In this document: positions 56,857 to 64,000 of the stretch, piece after piece | Layout: each line of letters begins with the position of its first letter | How positions within the stretch are numbered: the stretch's first letter is position 1 | Source: Anaerolineae bacterium | GTDB taxonomy: Bacteria > Chloroflexota > Anaerolineae > Anaerolineales > Villigracilaceae | Assembly: GCA_017303655.1 (NCBI GenBank) | Contig: JAFLCE010000008.1 | Coordinates: 2,977-66,976, forward strand | Direction of reading: 5' to 3' | Length of the DNA: 64,000 nt | Notes under the pieces: model-generated | What the model saw: only the letters and a program-made list of their open reading frames with translations | What the model was told of the DNA's origin: nothing | The model's database searches: none | Translations under genes and position numbers: made by a program

Positions 56857-57966
56857 TCATGAACTAAATTCCTGTTGCGATCTTTGCAGTCCAATGTCTG
56901 TCAAGGTGAGCAGACCGTGCCTTTGTTCGATCAAGCCGTTTCGTTCGGCGATGCCAACCACTTGCATTGCGAATTGCGGCGACCATTTGAGGTGTTCGTG
57001 CAAGCGCACCACTTGATTCTCTGCTTCGGCTTCCTCTGTAGCGATATGGTTGGCGATGTGCATCGTGAGCATGGTCATGGCAAACTCGATGCGTTGACTT
57101 TGGCGGCGTCGTGCCTGGGCGATGAGTCCGCGTTCGGGGGCGAACAGGTAGACGGTCAGGAAGGAAACGCCTGTCATCGTTGCCATCGAACCTGCTATGG
57201 AAGCATCCAGCCAGTGTGCGAGCCAGTATCCGCTCACGGCGGAGAAGATCCCGATCAATGCGGAATAGATCAACATGCGCGAGAGGCGGTCGGTGAGCAG
57301 GTATGCGGCGGCAGGCGGCGCGATCATGAACGCGACGACAAGTACGGAGCCGACCGAGTCGAACGAACCAACTGCCGTGAGTGAGACCAATGTCATCAAC
57401 GCATAATGAATCGCGGCGGGTGCGAAGCCGAGCGCGGCGGCAAGCGCGGGATCGAACGTGGCGAGTTTGAGTTCCTTGTAAAAGAGAATGATGAACAGGA
57501 TGTTGAGCAAAAGAATGCCGCCTGATGTGTACAGCGCTTCTGGACCAACATCAAAGCCGAGGAGTCTGAGACGATTGAACGGTGCAAAGGCGAGTTCGCC
57601 CAGCAGGACGGCATCGGTGTCGAGATGTACATCACCCGCGAAGCGCGAGATCAAAATGACTGCGATGCTGAAAATGGCGGGAAAGACCAAGCCAATGGCG
57701 GCATCTTCACGCACGAGTTTTGTGCGGTTGAGAAGTTCCACAAGGCTGACAGTGACAACACCCATCAGCGCTGCGCCGATCAATAAAAGCGGCGACGTAA
57801 TGCTTTTGGTGATGAAGAAGGCGATCACGATGCCAAGCAGAACCGTGTGGCTGATGGCATCGCTCATCATCGCCATGCGACGCAAGACCAGGTAGACCCC
57901 AGGCAAGGCGCAGGCAACCGCCACAATGGATGCAATGAGTTGGATTTCAAATTGTGCGGAGTTCAT
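56857..57966 (-). CDS. Mn/Zn/Fe ABC transporter permease (TroD/MntD-like)
   Basis: LVLRRMAMMSDAISHTVLLG, YKELKLATFDP, AFMIAPPAAA. Confidence 0.92.
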   Translation of the reverse strand: MNSAQFEIQLIASIVAVACALPGVYLVLRRMAMMSDAISHTVLLGIVIAFFITKSITSPLLLIGAALMGVVTVSLVELLNRTKLVREDAAIGLVFPAIFSIAVILISRFAGDVHLDTDAVLLGELAFAPFNRLRLLGFDVGPEALYTSGGILLLNILFIILFYKELKLATFDPALAAALGFAPAAIHYALMTLVSLTAVGSFDSVGSVLVVAFMIAPPAAAYLLTDRLSRMLIYSALIGIFSAVSGYWLAHWLDASIAGSMATMTGVSFLTVYLFAPERGLIAQARRRQSQRIEFAMTMLTMHIANHIATEEAEAENQVVRLHEHLKWSPQFAMQVVGIAERNGLIEQRHGLLTLTDIGLQRSQQEFSS

Positions 57967-59093
57967 CTCGCATCCTCCTTCTGGTCTTTGCCTGCTTCCG
58001 TCAAACCTTCATCGGTCAACATCCAAACATCCTTTGATTGTTCACGCGCATGACCGCGTTCTTTCAGTTGATTCAAGGCATGAGATACGCCATCGGGATT
58101 TGTGCTCATGGCGCGCAAGACTGCGACGGAATGTCCGTGCTTTTGGTTGGGGTGTTGCATGGCGAGGGTGTTCAAGTCGGCGAGTACGGCTCTGGCGCGG
58201 AGCGTGTGCCGATTTCGTCGTGAGCGCAACCAATTCCAGAAAAGTCCGCGATTGGATGCAAACAGGAACGAAAAAATGACAATGGCTGTCATGCACAACA
58301 CGATCAGCGGACCCGTCGGAAGCCTCGCACCAGAACTACTGATGAGTGTGCCGCTTACTCCAGAGAGGGCACCGAAGAATCCGCCGATTATGACCATGCG
58401 GCTGAGTTTGTCTGTCCATTGACGCGCCGCCGCGGCAGGGGCGACGACCATGGCAGACATTAACACCACACCGACGGTTTGCAACCCGACCACGATGGCA
58501 ACAACGAGCAATGTTGTGAGAATCACATCCAGCAGGCGTACAGGGAAACCAAGACTTGCGGCAAATTCAGGGTTGAACGTGGTGAGTTTGAATTCTTTCC
58601 AAAAGATCGCAAGCAGGGTCAGTGCAATGGCGCTGATGATACCCATCGTGAACACGTCTTTTTCGATCAACGTGGCGGCTTGACCGAAGAGGAACTTGTC
58701 CAAGCCTGCCTGGGTCGCGTCGGGGAGCCTCTGCGTAAAGGTCAACAGCATCAAGCCGAAGCCGAAGAAGACCGAGAGTACCAGTCCCAATGCGCTGTCG
58801 TCTTTGATGCGCGTCGTGTGCGTGATGTTGAGCATGGCAAGCGTGGCGACCCAGCCTGCGATCATGGCGCCTGTTATAAGGACGATCGGTTCACGGCTGC
58901 GCGTGAGAAGAAATGCAAGCACAATTCCAGGCAATGCCGCATGTGAAATGGCATCTCCCAGCAGGCTTTGTTTGCGGAGAACGGCAAACGAGCCAAGCGC
59001 GCCGCTGGCGATTCCCAGAATGGCAGAGCCAAGCGCCACCGTACGGAGGGTGTAATCAAAAAAGAGATCGTGTAAGAGTTGAGAGATGTCCAT
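57963..59093 (-). CDS. Mn/Zn/Fe ABC transporter permease (TroC/MntC-like)
   Basis: VLRKQSLLGDAISHAALPG, LFGQAA, PAAAARQWT, PTGP. Confidence 0.92.
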   Translation of the reverse strand: MDISQLLHDLFFDYTLRTVALGSAILGIASGALGSFAVLRKQSLLGDAISHAALPGIVLAFLLTRSREPIVLITGAMIAGWVATLAMLNITHTTRIKDDSALGLVLSVFFGFGLMLLTFTQRLPDATQAGLDKFLFGQAATLIEKDVFTMGIISAIALTLLAIFWKEFKLTTFNPEFAASLGFPVRLLDVILTTLLVVAIVVGLQTVGVVLMSAMVVAPAAAARQWTDKLSRMVIIGGFFGALSGVSGTLISSSGARLPTGPLIVLCMTAIVIFSFLFASNRGLFWNWLRSRRNRHTLRARAVLADLNTLAMQHPNQKHGHSVAVLRAMSTNPDGVSHALNQLKERGHAREQSKDVWMLTDEGLTEAGKDQKEDAR

Positions 59094-59104
59094 AGCTTAT
59101 TATC

Positions 59105-59154
59105 TGTCATTGCGAGGAGGAGTGTAACGACGACGAAGCAATGACGAAGCGATC
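59105..59154. repeat. Partial REP-like element (GTCATTGCGAG...CGAAGCAAT)
   Basis: GTCATTGC (59106-59113) pairs with GCAATGAC (59138-59145); GACGAAGC is duplicated. Confidence 0.55.
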
Positions 59155-59911
59155 AATGCTTTCCATTTTTTCCATTTCCATCTGCGCTGAGAAAGGCAAC
59201 CTTGCCGCCGTACGCCTTGCGCAGATTTTGTTCGGTGAAGACTTCGCTCACAGGTCCGCTGGCGATGCGGCGGACGTTGAGCATCGTGACCCAATCAAAA
59301 TATTCAGGGACAGTTTGCAGGTCGTGATGAACGACAACCACGGTCTTGCCTGCTTTACGCAACTCCTGCAACAAGGCAACGATGGCGCGCTCAGTGGTTG
59401 CGTCTACGCCCTGGAAGGGTTCATCCATGAAATACAGTTGCGCGTCCTGCACAAGTGCACGCGCCAGGAATACGCGTTGCTGTTGTCCGCCTGAGAGTTG
59501 GCTGATCTGACGCTCTGCATACGGCTTCATCCCAACTTTATCGAGCGCGTCCAACGCCGCGGCGTGTTCCGAAGCGCCTGGTCTTTTGAACCAGCCCAAC
59601 GTCCCGTAACGTCCCATCATCACCACATCCAGCACGCTGGTCGGGAAGTCCCAATCCACGCTTCCGCGCTGGGGAACATACCCAACCAGATGCCGTTGCT
59701 CCGCAAAAGACTTGCCATGCACAAGCACCTGCCCCGCCGCGGGCTTGACCAGACCCAAAATGGATTTGATCAAAGTGGTCTTGCCCGCGCCGTTCGGACC
59801 GACGATTGCCATCAACGTGCCTGATGGCACTTCCATGTCCACGTCCCAAAGAACGGGTTTATCTTTGTATGCAATCGTCAGGTCGGTGACTTCAATTGCT
59901 TTAGCACTCAT
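59153..59911 (-). CDS. Mn/Zn ABC transporter ATP-binding protein (TroB/MntB-like)
   Basis: [41 protein letters not shown]. Confidence 0.94.
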   Translation of the reverse strand: MSAKAIEVTDLTIAYKDKPVLWDVDMEVPSGTLMAIVGPNGAGKTTLIKSILGLVKPAAGQVLVHGKSFAEQRHLVGYVPQRGSVDWDFPTSVLDVVMMGRYGTLGWFKRPGASEHAAALDALDKVGMKPYAERQISQLSGGQQQRVFLARALVQDAQLYFMDEPFQGVDATTERAIVALLQELRKAGKTVVVVHHDLQTVPEYFDWVTMLNVRRIASGPVSEVFTEQNLRKAYGGKVAFLSADGNGKNGKH

Positions 59912-59912
59912 C

Positions 59913-60839
59913 CTAATCTCCTGTCAGCGCAGATACGATAGTGTCAATATTGTGTCTCACCATGCCAACATACGTTCCTTCGGGCGTGCCTTCGCTTCCC
60001 ATTGCATCCGAAAATAACGAGCCGCCGATCTTCACGTCAAACCCTTGTGCCTGCACAGCGGCTTGCACGGCTTCCACGTTTCTTTGCGGCACCGATGACT
60101 CGACAAAGATGGCTGGGATCTGTTTCTCAACAATGAAGTCTGCCAGCGCCTTCACATCGGCAGTCCCTGCCTGTGCTTCGGTGCTGATGCCCTGTAAACC
60201 GCGCACTTCAAAACCATAGGCGTGACCGAAATAATTGAACGCATCGTGTGCTGTGATCAGGATGCGCTGTTCGGCGGGAATCGTGTTGGCTTGATCGAGG
60301 ACATACTGATGCAGGCTTTCGAGTTCCGCGAGATACGCTTCCGCGTTCGCCTCATAATCGGACCTGTTGGCTGGATCGACTTCGATGAGCGTCTCCTCCA
60401 CCTGTTCCACCGCCTTCATCCACAAGGTGACATCGAACCAGACGTGCGGATCGTAATTACCTTCAAACTCTGGTGGGGCATTCAGTAATGTGCGGTCGAT
60501 TTTGTCTGTGACAGCAACCGTTGTAATCCCAAAATCTCCCATTCTTTCGAGCACGCCGCCCATCTGCGCTTCGAGATGCAAACCGTTGTAGAAAATGACA
60601 TCTGCATCTTGCAGGGATGTGACATCCCCTTCACTAGCTTTATATAAATGGGGGTCAACGCCTGGACCCATGAGTCCCGTCACTTCCACATGCTCGCCAC
60701 CGACTACTTTGACGATGTCCGCAATCATGCCGATGGTGGTGACAACGTTAAGTTTTCCAGATGCATTGTTATTTGTTTCAGGAGCACACGCGCTCAGGAG
60801 TAATGTAATTGTCAATATTGTTAAAGTCAACTTTTTCAT
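59913..60839 (-). CDS. Mn/Zn ABC transporter substrate-binding lipoprotein (TroA/MntA-like)
   Basis: Lipobox LSAC; DPHLY, DPHVW, AHDAF, LFSDAMG (His/His/His/Asp site). Confidence 0.94.
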   Translation of the reverse strand: MKKLTLTILTITLLLSACAPETNNNASGKLNVVTTIGMIADIVKVVGGEHVEVTGLMGPGVDPHLYKASEGDVTSLQDADVIFYNGLHLEAQMGGVLERMGDFGITTVAVTDKIDRTLLNAPPEFEGNYDPHVWFDVTLWMKAVEQVEETLIEVDPANRSDYEANAEAYLAELESLHQYVLDQANTIPAEQRILITAHDAFNYFGHAYGFEVRGLQGISTEAQAGTADVKALADFIVEKQIPAIFVESSVPQRNVEAVQAAVQAQGFDVKIGGSLFSDAMGSEGTPEGTYVGMVRHNIDTIVSALTGD

Positions 60840-60861
60840 TTTGTGATGAATCCTTTTGTAA

Positions 60862-61455
60862 CTAAAATAGTTTTGGCAAAAATCTTCCCGTCCGCTTCAT
60901 GTATTCACGATATTCGTCACCGAATTTTGCGATGAGATTGGCTTCCTCTTTCGGTGTGCGGATCGCCATCAGAATGAACGTGAGAATACCCAGTGCGGCG
61001 ATGAACCAACTGTCTGCCATCATGCCGAAGGCAATGAACAGTAAAGATCCAAAGGTGTAAAGCGGATGGCGGATGTATTTATAAATTCCGTTCGTGACGA
61101 GTTTGTGTTCCTTGCGGGTTGCGCTGACAGGCGTGATGCCCGTGCCGATACTACTGAATAACCAGTAGATGCCAAATCCGCAGAGGATGCCGAGTCCAAC
61201 GCCAAGCAAGCGTAGTGAGTCTGGCAAACCAAGTTTTGACCACGCCATCCATGCTGGATTGACCAGATATACAAATGGGCTGAGCCAGAGGATGAGTCCG
61301 CCGATGCGGATGATCGTCATTAAGACGGTGCCATCTGCCTTGCGGGAAAGTTTTTCTCCCGACTCTCTATCCGCTTTGAGGCGGAAGTAGAAGGAGATGC
61401 CCATGCCCGTGAAAAGGATCAGGGCGGCTAAAATGCGGAAAATATTTTCGTTCAT
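60862..61455 (-). CDS. Isoprenylcysteine carboxyl methyltransferase (ICMT/PEMT) family protein
   Basis: LVTNGIYKYIRHPLY, EEANLIAKFGDEYREY. Confidence 0.88.
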   Translation of the reverse strand: MNENIFRILAALILFTGMGISFYFRLKADRESGEKLSRKADGTVLMTIIRIGGLILWLSPFVYLVNPAWMAWSKLGLPDSLRLLGVGLGILCGFGIYWLFSSIGTGITPVSATRKEHKLVTNGIYKYIRHPLYTFGSLLFIAFGMMADSWFIAALGILTFILMAIRTPKEEANLIAKFGDEYREYMKRTGRFLPKLF

Positions 61456-61457
61456 GT

Positions 61458-61805
61458 TTATTTGTTACCTTTCATTTTTGCGGTTACTTCTAAATATTTA
61501 TCGTGCGGTTCGGCTGTCAAGCCGTTGATTCCTTGTTTGGGGAAATACCAGCCGTGAAGATAAACTTGCCCCAGGGTCATCAAAGTAATGACGCCCCAGA
61601 ACCCATATCTGCTGAATAAAATGCCGATAGCAGCCAAAACGCCCACTACGATGAAAAGTTTGGCCACTCTTTGTTGAATCGGTACATGCTTCTCAAAGTT
61701 ATTGAAAACAACAAAATAAGCCAGGCTTGCCACCGTCAAGACGATGAGAATTTCCGTCAGGCTGACGGCGGGTAATGACGGGAATAAAACAGCCTGTTCC
61801 AGCAT
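61458..61805 (-). CDS. Small hypothetical membrane protein
   Basis: 3 TMs; LHGWYFPKQGINGLTAEP. Confidence 0.7.
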   Translation of the reverse strand: MLEQAVLFPSLPAVSLTEILIVLTVASLAYFVVFNNFEKHVPIQQRVAKLFIVVGVLAAIGILFSRYGFWGVITLMTLGQVYLHGWYFPKQGINGLTAEPHDKYLEVTAKMKGNK

Positions 61806-61809
61806 ATAT

Positions 61810-62478
61810 TTATCTTTCTTCTATAAAGATCTTGCTCGTGATGTTCAACCCGAGAACGGTTGTCTTTTTTCTGACTTTGATGGTGAGGTTATGGTCAAAG
61901 GGAGAGTAGTCGGTCACTTCGATTTCCGCGCCGGGGATCAAGCCCAGGCTTTCAAGATAACGAAGCAGATCGGTATCTGCGGCTTTAACACATTTCAAAA
62001 TGCCGCTTTGTTTCGGGCGCAAAGAGGAAAGTGGTGCCGAATTATCGGTTGGCATTTTCAGATCCTCTGTGGGGATCAATTCGCCATGCGGGTCGCGAGT
62101 GGGATGTCCCATGGCGGCGGCGATGCGCCGTTCAAAATCTTCCGAGATCACATGCTCAAGCCGTTCGGCTTCTTCATGCACTTCATCCCAGGAATAGCCT
62201 AACGTTTGCACCAGCCAGGCTTCCAATAAACGGTGATGCCGGATTACCTCAAGTGCGGCTTTTTTTCCTTCTTTGGTCAGTGTAGCGCCCTGATGTTTTT
62301 GATATTCAACCAGAGGCGGAGTGGCCGATGCAAGTTTCTGGATCATGCCAGTCACCGAAGGCGCGCTGATGTTCAACTTTTGTGCCAGTGCGTTGGTGCT
62401 GGCGGTTTCACCGTTCTCGGTCAAGTCGTAGATGTGTTTCAAGTAATCTTGAGTTGAAAATGTGATCTTCTGTGCCAT
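61810..62478 (-). CDS. DtxR/MntR-family metal-dependent repressor with a C-terminal FeoA domain
   Basis: QDYLKHIY, SAPSVTGMIQKL, RHHRLLE, EAERLEH, DPHG; ATG 62478. Confidence 0.93.
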   Translation of the reverse strand: MAQKITFSTQDYLKHIYDLTENGETASTNALAQKLNISAPSVTGMIQKLASATPPLVEYQKHQGATLTKEGKKAALEVIRHHRLLEAWLVQTLGYSWDEVHEEAERLEHVISEDFERRIAAAMGHPTRDPHGELIPTEDLKMPTDNSAPLSSLRPKQSGILKCVKAADTDLLRYLESLGLIPGAEIEVTDYSPFDHNLTIKVRKKTTVLGLNITSKIFIEER

Positions 62479-62480
62479 GA

Positions 62481-63164
62481 TTAATTCCAAAGGGTGATGG
62501 TGGTGCAGATAAAGAAAGCCATAAAAGCAATGTTGAACGCCGCTCCTTCTGTGGCGTCGCGGACGAATTGCGGCAGGATGCGTTTTATCAGCATCCATGC
62601 AATGGTCATTGTCAACGGCGTCACACCTGCCATCCAAACTGGGAAGAGCGTGTTACCCGATGCCGCCAAGATCGAAAACATGATCGATGCAATGACAATG
62701 AACAGTAACAACGGCGCATATGTGATAATCAAAACTTTTTTGTGACGTTCGATCATGCCCGCGATCACAGCCTGTGAATTTTCTTCGACTTGATTAAGCG
62801 CATGGACATATTCGCCCATGTAATAGAACGTCCCATGCACGAATGTCCCGATGACGGAAGCGATTCCAAACAACCCGACAGTTGCCAACACGACCCAAGC
62901 TGTTCCGCCGTTCAAGCCTTGATACACCTGCCAATAACCCAGCAGCAACAAAGGTGTGGCAAAGACCCCAATCAAAGCGCCCCATGTGAGGCGTGTGGGG
63001 GAGAGCACCACCATCTTCTCGGCATCTGAAAGTAATTTGGCAAATGTTTTGAGTTTGGGATATTCATCAAGGTTCACTTTGCTTGCCAGCAAAAGCACAT
63101 CGCCTATGGCATAAACGAATGCACCCATGATCGCAAGCAGACCTGTAAATTGAATAGCGTTCAT
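62481..63164 (-). CDS. Hypothetical multi-pass membrane protein
   Basis: About 6 TMs; GGAG RBS; first gene of the metal-uptake operon. Confidence 0.75.
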   Translation of the reverse strand: MNAIQFTGLLAIMGAFVYAIGDVLLLASKVNLDEYPKLKTFAKLLSDAEKMVVLSPTRLTWGALIGVFATPLLLLGYWQVYQGLNGGTAWVVLATVGLFGIASVIGTFVHGTFYYMGEYVHALNQVEENSQAVIAGMIERHKKVLIITYAPLLLFIVIASIMFSILAASGNTLFPVWMAGVTPLTMTIAWMLIKRILPQFVRDATEGAAFNIAFMAFFICTTITLWN

Positions 63165-63244
63165 CTTGACTCCATTGCGTACCGTAGAAAAAAATCACTG
63201 GAACTGAAACAGGCATCCCGTAGTGGGGAGGCGTTGGTTGTAAA

Positions 63245-63291
63245 TTAGTTAATCCTAAAAATATTTTAGGTTAACCTAAATATTTTGTCAA
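63245..63291 (-). promoter_or_regulatory. DtxR/MntR operator inside a sigma70 promoter
   Basis: Perfect palindrome TTTAGGTTAACCTAAA (63265-63280) within minus-strand TTGACA(63286-63291)-17-TAAAAT(63263-63268); degenerate second copy TTAGTTAATCCTAA at 63245-63258. Confidence 0.85.
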
Positions 63292-63357
63292 GTGAATAAT
63301 GCGTATAGCCATTGCGGACTTAAATTTACTACGTGTATAATTTGCGTAGAGGTGCTC

Positions 63358-64000
63358 ATGTCTTTATTTTCTGAAATCAACGAACAGCCAGACCGAATCC
63401 GCGCACTGCTTGGGTCGCAGCGAAAAACGACCGAGAAAATAGCAGCGGCGATCCATAAGCACAAGATCGATTATGTATTTTTGGCGGCGCGCGGCACATC
63501 GGATAATGCCGGGCGCTATGCAAATTATTTACTGGGTGCAAAGAATAGCTTGCCCCTGGCGCTGGCGACTCCATCATTGTTTACGTATTACAAGAAACCG
63601 CCTGTGTTAAAAAATGCATTGGTGGTTGGTATTTCGCAGTCTGGCAAATCGCCAGATATTGTCAGCGTGTTGGAAGAGGGGAGACGCCAGGGTTGTTTGA
63701 CTCTTTCGATGACGAATGAACCGGCTTCGCCGCTTGCTCAGGCTTCTGACTTTGTGCTTGAACTTCAAGCCGGTGCTGAGAAGGCTGTGGCTGCCACAAA
63801 AACATACACCACTGAGTTGATGTGCGTGGCAATGCTTTCAGCTGCATTGGCGGATGATAAAAAAATGTGGGAAGAACTTGCAAAGGTGCCAGCTTGGATG
63901 AAGCAAGCCCTGAAGCAAAGCGACTTTATTTCTGAAGCCGTGCAACGCTATCGTTATATCGATCAGACGGTGGTGTTGGGACGCGGCTTCAATTATGCGA
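63358..64000 (+). CDS. SIS domain sugar-phosphate isomerase/deaminase (GlmS C-terminal-like), runs off the window edge
   Basis: Manual translation: MSLFSEINEQP...AARGTSDNA...GISQSGKSPDI...MTNEPASPLA...AVAATKTYT; GAGG RBS. Confidence 0.9.
   Translation, partial: MSLFSEINEQPDRIRALLGSQRKTTEKIAAAIHKHKIDYVFLAARGTSDNAGRYANYLLGAKNSLPLALATPSLFTYYKKPPVLKNALVVGISQSGKSPDIVSVLEEGRRQGCLTLSMTNEPASPLAQASDFVLELQAGAEKAVAATKTYTTELMCVAMLSAALADDKKMWEELAKVPAWMKQALKQSDFISEAVQRYRYIDQTVVLGRGFNYA

Overview
Bacterial chromosomal segment of roughly balanced GC. Gene content and style suggest a Chloroflexota/Anaerolineae-like organism (inference only). It holds about 65 CDSs and one tRNA-Leu(GAG). No rRNA, CRISPR array, transposase or integrase was seen. 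Main blocks: (1) a TetR-regulated fatty-acyl beta-oxidation operon (two acyl-CoA dehydrogenases, FadN-type dehydrogenase/hydratase, thiolase, SCP2) with short-period 7-8 bp repeat arms in every intergenic gap, one pair of which encloses a four-helix-bundle gene; (2) three paralogous membrane-anchored beta-domain proteins containing a relic copy of the SCP2 3' end; (3) thrB/thrC, a DUF62 SAM hydrolase and an ECF transporter; (4) dcd, HD-GYP, DinG-Exo, two GT-C-like membrane paralogues, plsX and the tRNA; (5) an amino-acid ABC transporter with STAS, DDAH and a histidine kinase; (6) a tightly coupled minus-strand operon of KAP P-loop NTPase, two SPFH-like membrane proteins, a helical/TPR-like domain fused to an S24 autopeptidase, and a GIY-YIG-like nuclease; this is the best candidate for an undescribed, possibly anti-phage or DNA-damage-triggered system; (7) a Zn-type ArsR/SmtB, CDF and CSC-motif P1B ATPase operon; (8) a DtxR/MntR-controlled metal-uptake operon with a TroABCD/MntABCD-type ABC transporter, a membrane-tethered DtxR-FeoA-FeoA protein and a split FeoB. 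All family calls come from motif recognition by eye; no database search was run.
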